64,000 nucleotides of DNA, from contig MU057724.1 of the NCBI GenBank assembly GCA_013265495.1, positions 1,193,102 to 1,257,101 of the forward strand, written 5' to 3'. Position 1 is the first letter of the stretch. Each line of letters begins with the position of its first letter. The position numbers were made by a program, and so were the translations under genes. Under the pieces are notes generated by a model that was given only the letters and a program-made list of their open reading frames with translations, had not been told where the DNA came from and ran no database searches. This stretch comes from Vicugna vicugna (lineage: Eukaryota). Shown one piece after another: positions 52,291 to 64,000 of the stretch.

Positions 52291-55200
52291 TGCATTGCTG
52301 GAAATTATATCAAAGTCAAACTTGCTTTCTCTTGATTTTCTCCTGACTGCTAACAAACGGCTGGAGATGGAACCTGGGGCCCGTGTGCTTCAGACGGTCA
52401 GGCTGGGAACGCGCCAGGCGGACGCCTGGGGCCCCTTCTGTCGGGGAGCACAGGTGTGGCGAGAGAAGTTCTGTTTAAGCATCTCGATTATCTAAGACAG
52501 ACAGGTTTTTTAAGAGTTATTTATTGTTTAAAAAACTTCTCCTCTTAAAAAGAAAAAAGTTGTAGTTATTTTAGGGAATTGGGATTTAAAAGTCTGACAA
52601 GAAGCAGAAATGGAGGGAGAGAACAGAGATGGGACAAATGCAAACCCAGAACACAGAGTCACTGTTGGGCATGTCGACTGGCTCGTCTGCTTCGAGAGGT
52701 GCCATCAGAATGACCGTGTGCTCCGAGAAGCCAGCACGCTGCCTTACTCTAGGTTTTCCTCATAGTTTACTTTGCACCCACATTCCTTAAACATGACGTT
52801 GTGCGTTGACCATGAAAGGACATGTTTCTCTATAACATGTGTTTAGTAATTTAGTAAGTCACGCACACATGATTTACTTTGGTCTCTCGTATAATGAAAC
52901 GTCATCTGCAACTATGACTCAGTCGGCGGGTATGGTCAGAAATCCCACTGGGAGTAAAGACTGTGCCAGGGCCGATGGGTCAGTCATCCTTAAGAACGAG
53001 AACAGTGGTAACTTGCTGCGTCTTTCCTGAGACAGCAGTACGCAGGGTGAAGTCAGACACCATGATACGGAAGGAAATGTTGCTAAAGTCACCACCTCTG
53101 AGGCCGAAATGCAACCCTGGCGCGTTGTCAGGTGAAGGCACCTGTTCAGCGAAAGCCCTGAGCTCCAGAGCTCGTCAGGGAAGGACTTGTCTTGACGGAA
53201 GGGGTTCTGAGGGCTGCAAGGAAAAGCAGGTCTTGTACAAATGCTTGAAAATGGTTGGAATTTAGCTCAAGAGGCGGCCATGGTGAGAAGTCATCCCGGC
53301 AGGGACAGGAAAAGGGGAAACGCGGTCCTCGGCATCTGTGTGGAACGGCGCCCGGGGCGCTGCTGGCCCAGCACAGAGCAGGACAGGGCCCACGTGGCAC
53401 CTACAGCTGCAGGCTCGTGGAGCACGTGGAGCCGGCACATAGAACAGGAGGAGCCCTGCAGGACCACGGGCCGTGCGTGTGGGGTCTCGGCCTCCCCTCC
53501 CGCAGCTGCAGTTTCTTATGTCTGATACTGCAAACCCCACGCTTCAAGGTTAAAGGAACATAGATTTTTGAACTTTCACAAGAACACATTTTATGTTCTT
53601 TCAAAGACTAGCACATGAAGAGGTCTTAACTTTCAAGTAGAAAATGGGTGAGCATCTACTTTTGAAATTTCCAGAGGCATTTGGTTAAAGCCAAGCACAC
53701 GTTCTTAACAAGTTTACATGTGAGGTTAGTTTTTAAAACAAAGAAGAAATCCATGTAAATTCATGAACACATTTCATTGATTTTCTGAAAACAAGTCAAT
53801 GACTAGATTTCTCCAAATGTTGCCTTTTGAGTAATTGAGAGATGATGCCTTTTAATCTTCCTCTGAGCAAAGTCTTCAATGTGGATCTCGTAAAATGCAG
53901 CCGCAGTCAATGCGGCATCATTCATCAGGAGCCGAAAAACCACCTTTGCGTTTGTATCATTTTTGAAGCTTTAGGCACATTTCATAATCTACATACTACG
54001 TTTGTACATCACGCACAGACCATGAGTTTCTTCCCTCGTGTGTCATGTGTACACAGTTCACAGTCTGCAGACAGATGACGGGTATGTCAACAAAGGAAAA
54101 GAAGAGGAGGACACGTCTTAACTCTGCACTAAACTGTGGGGCCGATCATCATTCAGGTGATTTGTCTTTTATTTTTAAACAACCTGGGTGCACGGATCTG
54201 TGAAGACTTTGCAGCCAGGGCTGCCTAGTTTGTGCTGCACCCGCGGCTGCTCCCAGGGTCCCATTTCCCATCCTCTCCCCTGAAGCAGTCTCTGGAGATG
54301 GGGGCCTGTAGACCAAGCCTCTCCCCATATTGCACGGGGTCCTGGGCTCTCTCAGCAGCTCGGCTGTGGCAGGAAAGTCATCCATCCGGTCCCGAGTGGT
54401 TTCTGTCTCGTCTCCCCCGCCCGACCTTGCTCTGACATGTGAAGAATGGCTGGTTGAGATGATGTCCTTCTCAGGACTCTGCACTCCCCCATAAGCAGAT
54501 TCTTGGTGACCAAAATGGTCCCCAGGGAAGGATGCTGGCCATCAGCATGACCACGTCCCCGTGCACAGGCTGGGTTTTGGCTCTTCAGGCTTTCCCTGGA
54601 TGATCTTTTCTGTCTCTCTGATGTGTAACAGTGACGTATTTATGGGGTCGCAGGGAAAAGCCCCTTTCATCCACAAGCTGAGAAGAGCTTCTTTGTGATG
54701 ACAGCTACCCCATGACACTTCTGGGGAGAAGTTGGCTTGGAATGTGGTGTACATGGAAGATCAGCAGGTGTGCTCAGCTGTGACCACTCGGCTCTCATGT
54801 CATTTCCTCCCCCCTTTTCCGTGCGCCTCAGGAAGTCCCCATGTTGGTCTCTGGCCAAGATCACATCGTCAGCGTGGGAGCCTTTTCCATGTGAAAAATG
54901 CAGAAGGGTTATACTCTGCATTAAGGAAGATGCAGTTTGCTTTGCTGAAATGCTTTTGTCCTCTAGACGTACGTGCTTGCATTGTGCTCTCGGAGAGGCT
55001 GGTGGACAGGACTAAGGGGTGTCCGAGTGCATCGTCTCACGGAGGAGGAGTTCATGCCACCGGGGCTCCTGGAAAGCTTGTTTTTCCTTAAAAGACGTTG
55101 TAACACGTACAAAATGATTGCAGACTAACTTAACACTGCATGTAATGTGGGATAAAGCAGTTTGCAAAGTTATCTTCGAAAGCTGCAGTGTCTAAGCAAT

Positions 55201-56434
55201 GTCTGTGTGCAGTAGTAGTATGCAGTGTCCTCGCACCAGGACCCGGATGCCGGCTCCACGTCTCACTGGTCTGAAGGGAGCAAACGCCTAGCAGCTCACA
55301 TGTACATTTATATTCCAAGGGCAAGTTCATATTATTTGTCTGGGAGTTTATGCCCACTAAATACTGAGGGTAAAAATGTATTTCTCTGTACTTAACCCTT
55401 TATCCAAATTAAGAATGGCTCAGTAACTATTAGGTGAAAATGTGATTTCCAAAACATTGTTTCTGTTGTCTTTCTGGTGCAGAATAACAACCAGAGATTA
55501 TATTCTGTTTCAAAATAATTTTCCTCTGCATCTCTGATAAATGGGGCTGTTAAGTGTACTTGCTAGGCAGATTTGTCCACTTATCAGGTGAATGTTAAAA
55601 CACTGACCTGCTTCAGGAGGGACGAGGTACGTGGACTTCCTCCATGACCACAAAGGTGCTGGTTCAAAGCCATGCGGTACAAGGTTGGCATTAGTTACAC
55701 GCTGTTTTCACACAATTCCTAACAATATGTGAAGCAAAACAGGGGAATGGGAATCAAACATCTTGGGTCTTAAGCCAGGCTCTGTCTTTAATGAGCTGGG
55801 TTAATCCAGGCAGCTGTCATCACCTTTTTCCTTGGACCCCCATCCATGCCAAGTGCACGTGTGCTGGTGACTGAAATGACCACACAGTGGAGGCTGAAGG
55901 TAAGTCAGTGTGTTTGCAGGTTAAATTCCATGAGAAAGACAGAAAACAGAGACGTGGCTGCCTCGGCCTGGAGGGCTGGGGAGGGAGGGTGTTTGGTTTC
56001 TTTTTGAAGTGATCAAATGGTCAAAAGTTGGTTACAGCAATGGCTGCATGTTGCTACACTCAAAAACACTGACTTTAACATGTTAAGGATTGTATAGGAT
56101 GCAAATTGTATGTCAATAAAATGATTACAAAAATTATATTTAGATTTTAAGCATTCAACAAAGGTGTCACTACTTTTCAAATGTAGTATATAAGCTATAA
56201 TCCTCATTTCCCAGGTCTTTGTGGGGATTTTCTCACATGATCTCTGCTGTCTGAGGTCTGCTTGGTGTGAATGGCTCTGCTTCTCTCCGCACCTGTATTA
56301 AGTTCAGACTCATCCGTGTCTTCTTCCTCGCTTTCAAATGTTATTCATCATCTTTTGTTATAAATAGGCCATAAAATTATAATCTATCAGCTAAGTATAA
56401 TTCTTTTCTCTGTTTTGCTTTTTTTGGTCTGAAG

Positions 56435-56569
56435 ACAAAGACAGGGATTTGTTTGCTGCAGGATGGTAATCAGGAGCCCTTCAAAGTGCGGCTGCACCTG
56501 GCCAAGGATATTCTGATGATCCAGGAACAGGATGTGATATGTGTGTCTGGTGAGCCTTTCTATTCTGGT
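56435..56569 (+). CDS. SNTG1: Gamma-1 syntrophin, second coding exon, 135 bp (TKTGICLLQDGNQEPFKVRLHLAKDILMIQEQDVICVSGEPFYSG)
   Basis: Pyrimidine tract TTCTTTTCTCTGTTTTGCTTTTTTTGGTCTGAAG precedes 45 open codons, then donor GTAAGT at 56570. The translation continues the recalled SNTG1 sequence just before the PDZ domain. The next exon (ERTVTIRRQ...) was not seen in the window. Confidence 0.97.
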
Positions 56570-56704
56570 GTAAGTAGCTTTTCCTTCCCTTGAAGTTTTT
56601 TGGTTTTGTTTTTTGTTAATAAAAATGTTCATTACAGAAAATTCTTAATATTTTTTCTCTTGCTTTCAGAGCCAGTAATTTTTGTGAACAGTGTTAGTAA
56701 GCAG

Positions 56705-56735
56705 TGTCCTTGTACTTGTCCTTGTCCTTGTCCTT
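56705..56735. repeat. (TGTCCT)n short tandem repeat
   Basis: TGTCCTTGTACTTGTCCTTGTCCTTGTCCTT. Confidence 0.85.
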
Positions 56736-57183
56736 ATAAGGATGCAGGCTTGGGCCCACAGGCACCCATTGGGGCCATTGATGAATCACTGACTCCGAGT
56801 CATTATCATGTGACTGGAGTGACCCTGTATCTCTGATCATGAGAGAGTGGGCTCCACCCGTCCACATGGAGGACTGAGTGAGAACAGTGCCCTGCCCTGA
56901 TCTCATTTTGAATCATACCAGACCTTCAGAAGTGGTGCAAAGGTGGGCCCAGTGTGGCATCTGGGAAGCCGGGGGCTTTAGGTGGTGGTCCCTAAGCTCA
57001 GTGTCAGGGCTTCTCCTTGGGGGATGGGGCACAAGCAGTTCTGGGGACTTCGAGAAGCATGCCTAGGTTATCGTGAGCTCTGTCTGCTGCTCTAACCCAG
57101 TCTCTGAAAGAGCCATAAATTATCTCACAGCTCATCAGTCCGCTCACTGGTGCTGCAGGACCACTCTGGAGGACATCCTTAGG

Positions 57184-57579
57184 TGTGTGAAATAATGAAA
57201 TTTCAACTGAGGAAATGGAATGCTCTAATTAGCTTTATTCAGTGATTCATGAATCAGGCACATCCCATCTGGCAAACAGAAAAGAGCTCTGGCAAGCTGT
57301 AGAAAAGAAGAGTTTTTCAAAGGCAGAAAGGGGCAGAAAGAGGAAGTTATTAGCAAAGAATGCCTTCTTTCAGGGGAGGTGGTCCTCCCAAGGGCAGCCA
57401 ACGGGCCCATGGGAAGAGGACTACTCACTAGTGCTGACCAGGGAATCCCAGGGCGGCTGGTAAAAGGTCATAGCTTTGAGAGAGGCTGAAACTGCAATTA
57501 GGTTAAGTGTTAAGTTTTGATCCGGTGACATGGACTTAGCACAAGTGACTCCATTTGGGGCCGGTTGTCTCTTTTTCAA
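57184..57579 (-). mobile_element. ERV1-class solo LTR in SNTG1 intron
   Basis: TG start, minus-strand AATAAA (GCTTTATTC at about 57230), GACTCCATTT...GTCTCTTTTTCA end, flanks TAGG/TGGG. Confidence 0.72.
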
Positions 57580-58074
57580 TGGGTGAAGTTAGATTGTCTT
57601 TGGCAAAACAATTTTATCATGAAACAGGATAAGTTTTAGAGTTTATCATTTATTATGTAATAACGTTAAAGACATCATCTTAACAGTATAGTCATGTATG
57701 GTCTCAGAAGAAAATTACAGCAAGTGTCATACAATCAGCTCCCTGGATTCCCTAGACATCTGTAGCGACTTAGCAGGAAGATTTAATTTGCAGCTTATTA
57801 ACAGACTTACTTTGCAGTGTTTTGTTAGGGTGAATAATGCTGAACTTGACTTTCCACCTCACTTCTCACTAACATCCTGTGGGAGTCACATCAGGTCCTA
57901 AGTCAATAGGCTCTGGCTAACTAAAGATAATGGACATTTTGCAGACTGTTAACTATTCTTTTGTCACAGACCATTTAAATCATCCTGAATGACGGGTCTG
58001 GCTGTCAAGACTGATTACATTGTTCCCTTGAGGTTGCCCTTTCTTTCTTTAGTTAATAAAAGCATAGTGATCAA

Positions 58075-58082
58075 TTTCTTTC

Positions 58083-58130
<48 letters not shown>

Positions 58131-58146
58131 TTCTTTTCTTTTCTTT
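58075..58146. repeat. (TTTC)n / (TTTTC)n microsatellite
   Basis: Direct reading of the sequence. Confidence 0.95.
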
Positions 58147-58309
58147 GTGAAGAGATATAATTTATATCACTGTCTAGAATGAGTATATCACATAGATCCT
58201 AAATCAGTAAAATATTGTAATTTGTAAAATTCAGTATTTCAACCCTGAAATAACGTTCTTGATGTTAAATTTTGCAGTCAAAAGAGCTAATACGCATAGA
58301 CCTAAGCTC

Positions 58310-59425
58310 TCTTTTGAAACAAATGCTGGGAAGAACTCAGACAGAATTGAGAAGAAATGTTTTATGATAATGTCATCAAGTGCAAAAAAGCAGTTGACAA
58401 AATTTGACACTCACACAAAACACTTTCAGCAAAGTAAGAATAGGATGGAACCTCTTACACTGATAAAGCATCTAATGAAGATTTCTCACCAACATTATGG
58501 TTAACATTGAGCGTATTCTCTGAGGTTGAAAGTAAGTCAGGGGTTGGGGGAGAGAGAAGATGGTGGAGTAGAAGGACACTCGTAGCTCACCCTCTCCCAC
58601 AAAGGCACCAAGACTCACATCCACAGACCCACTCAGCCAACCAGAGCACCTGTGGAACTCCAACAGAACATCGCCCTCTTCAAAAGATAGAGATGCCGAA
58701 AGTAAGTCAGGGTCATCACTTGCCTCATTTATACTCAATATTGTTTTGGTTGTGGAGCAGGGCAGGAAATGGATTAAAATGGCATAACTATTCAAAGGAA
58801 AAGAGGTAGAACAGCTTGTTTTTAGATGTCATGACGGTGTACACAGAAAATCCTGAGAAATCTACAACAAAATTGAATAACATACAAGTTTAGCGAGGTT
58901 GCTGGAAATAAAGATGATGTCCAAAGTTAATTGCATTTCTAAATTTTACAACAGGCAAATAAAATGCAATTCACAATACACAATAGAGATTATACACTTG
59001 GAAATAAGTTTAACAAAATATGTACAAAACTTCTATCTTAAAAACTACAAAACTGTGATGAAGAAAATGAAAATAAATAAACAAATAAATGAAGAGATAT
59101 AACATGACCATGAATTAAAGACTAACTATTGGTAAGTTTTCATATCTTCCCAAGTAGACAGCATCAGTCAAAACCCAAATTTGTTTCTGGAGACTTTGAC
59201 AGGTTGACTCTAAAATTTACATGGAATACAAAGGACTCAGTTTGGCCACATAGTCTTGAATAAAGAAAACAAAGCTGGAGCATTTATACCTTCTGATTTC
59301 AGAACCTACTGCACTGTTACAATAATGAACACAATGTGATATGTCATAAACACGTGTATGTAAACCAATGGAACATTATAGAGTCCAGAAACAAGCTCAC
59401 ACTTAAGTGGTCAATTGCTTTTTGT
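58310..59425 (+). mobile_element. Old L1 ORF2 remnant (interrupted by the 58543 insert)
   Basis: Decayed ORF2 motifs: TTGACAAAATT, CAGAAAATCCT...AATCTACAA, AAAACTACAAAAC, TCTAAAATTTACATGGAAT, AACAAAGCTGGAG, AGAGTCCAGAAA. Confidence 0.8.
58543..58697 (+). mobile_element. Lineage-specific L1 5'-UTR start only, tailless, with 15-bp TSD
   Basis: GGGGAGAGAGAAGATGGTGGAGTAGAAGGAC...CACCCTCTCCCACAAA is a typical artiodactyl/camelid L1 5' terminus (decayed AAGATGGCGG YY1 site). It is flanked by GAAAGTAAGTCAGGG at 58528-58542 and 58698-58712. Confidence 0.8.
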
Positions 59426-61468
59426 TGTTGTGGTGGTGGACTACACATAACATATACTTGACCATTTTAACAGTTGTTAAGTGTAGAGTTCAGTGGCTTG
59501 AGCACATCCACATTGTTGTGCACCTTTTACAGCGATCCGTCCCCAAAATCATCACCCCAGACAGAAACCCTGTTCCTATTAAATACTAACTCCCCACGTC
59601 CCCCTCTCCTCAGCCCCTGGTGACCACTGTCTACTTCCTGTCTCTGTGTATGGACTCGTTCATCCACGTTGTAGCCTGTGTCAGCATTTCATTCCTTTGT
59701 AAGACTGAATGGTAGTCCGTTACATCTATCTGCCATGGTTTTTTTTAATCCCATATCAGATACGTGATCTGCAAATATTTCTTCCAACCTAAGAGTTGCC
59801 TTTTTATTCTGTTCATGGTTTCCTTTGATGCACAAAACTTTTCCATTTTGAAGTCCAGTTTGTCTATTTTCCTTTTGTTGGCTGTATTTTTTGTGTTATA
59901 TCCAAGAAACCATTGTCAAATCCAGTATCGTAAATATTGTTTCCTATATTTTCTTCTAATATTTTCTAGTATTAGAGCTTACATGTATGTTTTTGATCCA
60001 TTTTGAGTTAGCTTTGGTATATGATGTCATTAAGGGTCCAACCTCTTTCTTTTCCAAGTGGATATCCAGTTTTCCTGGCACCTTTTGTGTCTTGGAACTC
60101 TTGCTGAAAATCATTCGCCCATATATTTGAGGTTTCATTTCTGGGCTCTCTATTCTATTCCATTCTATTCCATGTCTGTCTTTATGTCAGTACCACAGTT
60201 TTGATTACTGTAGGTCTGTGGTGAAATTTGAAATCAGAAAGTGCATGATGTCTAGCTTTGTTCTTTTTCAAGAATGTTTTAGCTAATTGGATTTTATTAA
60301 GATTCCATGTGTATTTTAGGATAGACTTTTCTATTTCTGTAAAAAGTGACATTAGAATTTTGTTAGGAATATTATTGAATTTGTAGTATGCTTTGGATAG
60401 TGTTGACAGCTTAGCATTATTAACCTTTCAATCCATGAACACAGAGTGTTTTTTTATTTGTTTATGTCTTTAATTTCCTTCAGTAATGTTTGTGATTTTT
60501 AGTGTACATCTTTCATCTTCTTAGTTAATTCCTAGATAATTTATTTCTGATGCTATTATATATGGAATTATTTTCTTAATTTTCTTTCCAGATTATACAT
60601 TGTTAGTGTATACAAATGAAACTTATTTTGTGTGTCCACTTTGTATCCTGCTACTTTGCTGAATTCTTTTTTTTCACTTCTAATGATTTTTGTATATCTG
60701 TGTATAATCTTTAGATCTTCTACGTATAAGAAATGTCATCTGTGAACAGATATAATTTTACTTCTTCCTTTCCAATTCAGATACCTTTGTTTCTTTTTCT
60801 TGCCTAATCAATCTGCCTAGGATTTCCAGAACCAAATTTAACAGAGGTAGTGAAAGCAGGCATCCTTGCCTTTTCTAGATCTTAGAGAAAAATATTTAAT
60901 TCCTTCGTCTTTGATTATAATCTAACCTGTGACTTTTTGATATATGGTCTTTATTATTTTGAGGTAGTTTTTTTCTATTTCTAGTTTGTTCAGTGTTGAA
61001 AGGGTGTTAAATTTTGTCACAAAAGGGTTTTGAATTTGTCAAGTGCTTTTTTTGCATCAGTTGAGCTATGTGTGTTTATTTTCCTTTATCCTGTTAATAT
61101 AGTGCATCACATTGATTGAATTTCTTATGTTGGTTGATCCTTGCATTCCAGGAATAAATCCCACTTGGTCATAATGTATGACCTTTTTAATATGCTGCTG
61201 ACTTTGTCTACTAGTATTTTGTTGAGAATTTTTGCATCAATGTTCATAAGGATATTGGTCTCTAGTTTTCTTTTCTTGTAGTGTCTTCTTCTGGTTTTGG
61301 TTATCATGGTAATGCTGGCTTCAAAGGATGAGTTAGGAAGTTTTAATCCTCTTCAATTTTTGGAAAAATTTGTTAAAAATTGGTATTAGTTCTTGTTCAG
61401 ATGTTTAGTGGAATTCACCTGTGAGGTCCAGGACTTTTCTCTGTTCAGAGATTTTGATTACTGATTCG
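59426..61468 (-). mobile_element. L1MB-like element (3' UTR and ORF2 remnant), antisense, nested in the older L1
   Basis: ACCATTTTAAC...AAGTGTAGAGTTCAGTGGC is an L1MB-type 3' end. Minus-strand ORF-track peptides PQIYGRMIFSK and [11 protein letters not shown] are L1 ORF2 remnants. Confidence 0.88.
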
Positions 61469-61469
61469 A

Positions 61470-62050
61470 TCAATTAAAAAATCAGTTTTAAGAAAATAAA
61501 AAGGCAAATCACAGTGTAGGAGAAAATATTTCCTATATCTGACACAGGACTTGTATCCAGAATATATAAAGGCCAATCACAAGTCAAAAAAAAAGGTACA
61601 AACAGCCCAATTAAAAAAAGAAAAAAAACTGAGCAAAAGACTTGAAGAAACTTCATAAAATAAGTTATACAAATAGCTAAGAAAAGCATGAAAAGATGTT
61701 TCAATCATCAGCCATCGAGGAACTGCAGATCAGATTAAAATCACATATACAATTTACACTCATTACAACAGCTTTAAAAAAGACTATTGGCAAATATGTT
61801 GTTCCCTTGGAAATCTCACGCGTTAGAGTTTCAGTGGAGCAACTCTTTGGATAACTATTTGGCAATTTCTTATAAAGTTAAACAGAAACCAATTTTAAGC
61901 ACAAAAATCCTAGTCCTTGTGATTTATCCAAGAGGAGTGAAACTAAATGCTCACAACAAGACTTTTTCAAGACCATGCATAGCCGAAGCCAAGTTGTAAA
62001 CTGATAAACGGATTTGAGTATATTCACAAAGTGGATTTCTACCCACTTAT
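61470..62050 (+). mobile_element. Old L1 ORF2 3' remnant (probable continuation of 58310-59425)
   Basis: GGAGAAAATATTT...ATATCTGACACAGGACTTGTATCCAGAATATATAAAG and AAGCATGAAAAGATGTT. Confidence 0.75.
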
Positions 62051-62073
62051 TCTTTTCAATAAAAAATAAATTA

Positions 62074-64000
62074 GGGACTTTCCAGGTATGGTTCTACACA
62101 TAAAGATCTCGGAAGTCACCACTCTTTCCTCACAACAAATAAAAAGTCGAACAGACTGAAAAATCATCAGCTCTTCTGGGATCCATGAGATAAAGAAGGA
62201 CACCTGGCAAACCACTGCCCTCAGATTGGAGGACGGGCAGCGGAACACAGGCTGCTGAGCAGAACAGAGACTCACGAGCGAGACCGGCAGGAAACCAGCA
62301 CCAGGTAGGAAACCCCCAACCAGAATGAGGATTGCTGGAGGCTCCGCATAGGCAGGTCTGAAAGGGAGACCGGGGGGTCCAGTCCTGGGAGCCCCCACAA
62401 TACTGGGAGACTTACTGCAGGAGTTCAACTAGGTCCCCGCAGTAAAAACTGGAGAGAAATGCCCTTGGGCTCCTGGCAGGGAGAAAGGGGGCCTTGTTCT
62501 TAGCAAGGTCTGAACTCAGGGGAGCTGGTTAACCAGTGCCTACCGTGCTGAGTGAGTATCAGTGTCTGACCCGGGAGAGAGAAGCATCCAGCTCCAGCTG
62601 ACTCCAGCCATCCTGTCCCTCCTAAAGAGGACAGAGGGGACTGAGAAAGGCTTGCGAGGTTTGCAGTCTAGAGGCACAGGCTTCACTGCACACTGAGACC
62701 CATCACAGGACAACGGAGTGCTTCACTCACCGTAACCCTTAGTACGAGGTTACTGACACCTCTTTACAACAATTTCTTACAACCAGTAGAATTCCTGGCT
62801 ATCAGGAAAAAAATTACAAGGCATACCAGAAAGGTGAAAAACGTACTTTGACGAGACAAAGCAAGCATCAGAACCAGGCATGTCAAGGATGTTGGGTTAT
62901 CAGATGGGGAGATTTTTTTAAATTATGCTTAATATGCTAAAGAATCTAATGGATAAGGTAGACAGCAATGCAAGAACAGATGGGCAATGTGAACAGAGAG
63001 ATGGAAATACTAAGAAGAAACCAAAAAGAAAAGCTACCGTTAGAAACCCTGCCCCAGAGATGGAGGCCTCTGATGGTCTCACGAGCACTTCAGACACAAC
63101 AGAGGAAGGATCTCTGAGCTACAGGGTCTATCGGTAGAATCCTCAAAAACCCAAACCAGAGAGAACAAAGACAGAAAAAAACAGACGAGACTACCCAAGG
63201 ACTGTGGGGCAGCTATAAAAAGTGCAAATGTGCCTGCAAGAGGAACAGCATAAGGTGCAGAACAAGAGACCAGAACAGAACAACCACTTGAAATAATAAT
63301 GAGTGAGGATTTCCCTGAATGTCAGGTACCAAATCACAGATCCAGGAAGCTCAGAGAACACTAGACAGGATAAATACCAAAAACCATCACCTAGACGTAC
63401 CGTTTTCAGATTACAGAAGATCAAAGATACAGATAAAGTACTGAGCAAGGAGGGGGTGGGGAGAACTCACTTACAGAGGAACAAAGACGAGAGTCCTAAC
63501 TGATTTCTCCTCAGAAGCCAAGCAGTAAGAAGAGAAGGGTGTGAAATATGTAAAGTGTGGAGGGAAAAACCCCAACCTAGAGATCCATGTCCGGCAAAAT
63601 GGCTTTTCAGAAGAGAATGCGAAATAGACCTTGAGACAAAAACTGAAGGAATCAATTCCCAGGAGACTTGCCTGGTCAGAGATGTTGAAAGTTTTTCAGA
63701 GAGAAGATCAACGTTATGGGTGTAAAGCTTGGACAGAGCATCAAAGAGTTAACATGTGAAAGAAAAGCTTTTAAAAAAACTTTCATTTTTCTTATTCTTA
63801 ATTGATGCCACAGATAACAATTTGTTCAAAATAATAACAGCAAAATGTGTGTGGCTGAGCATTCTTATGAATGTTTACACAGAAATTAAATGAAAAGCAA
63901 CAATTACACCAGGGACTGGAGAGATGAATTAGGGTTATTTGCTTGTTATAAGGAACTCACACTATCCTTGAAGAGGTGTAGGGTTATTTAAAAGTAGACT
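62074..64000 (+). mobile_element. Old L1 (L1MC/L1MD-like) 5' region and decayed ORF1
   Basis: ORF-track peptides MLNMLKNLMDKVDS and PSPRRTVFRLQKIKDTDKVL resemble L1 ORF1 with frameshifts, followed by an inter-ORF-like A-rich region. Confidence 0.8.

Noticed and set aside
62925..63503. ORFs with coiled-coil or basic character
   Set aside because: Frameshifted L1 ORF1 remnants, not a host gene.

Overview
Mammalian genomic DNA, most likely a camelid (inferred from the L1 5' and 3' UTR subfamily sequences; no Alu, B1/B2, Bov-tA/A2, PRE-1 or CHR-2 SINEs seen). The only protein-coding sequence I can support is the first two coding exons of SNTG1 (gamma-1 syntrophin) on the + strand: 50451-50477 (MDFRTACEE) and 56435-56569 (TKTGICLLQDGNQEPFKVRLHLAKDILMIQEQDVICVSGEPFYSG). 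They splice in frame, and the gene continues past the window. A strong CpG island at about 24.1-25.1 kb and a candidate non-coding first exon ending at 25969 look like the SNTG1 promoter. If so, a 5'-UTR region I recall as hundreds of kb in human is only about 25 kb here. The rest is ancient repeats (L1M, L2, MIR, MLT1/MLT2, MER), a few lineage-specific L1 and ERV1 pieces, and several sharp GC/CpG peaks that resemble GC-biased gene conversion scars. Other oddities are a two-step nested tandem duplication (4864-5967), a 46-bp E-box minisatellite inside an MLT1 LTR, and a tailless 5'-UTR-only L1 insertion with a perfect 15-bp TSD. I see no evidence for a new gene system; the ORF-track entries are otherwise spurious or decayed L1. 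Repeat family names come from recalled consensus sequences, not a search, and repeat boundaries are approximate.
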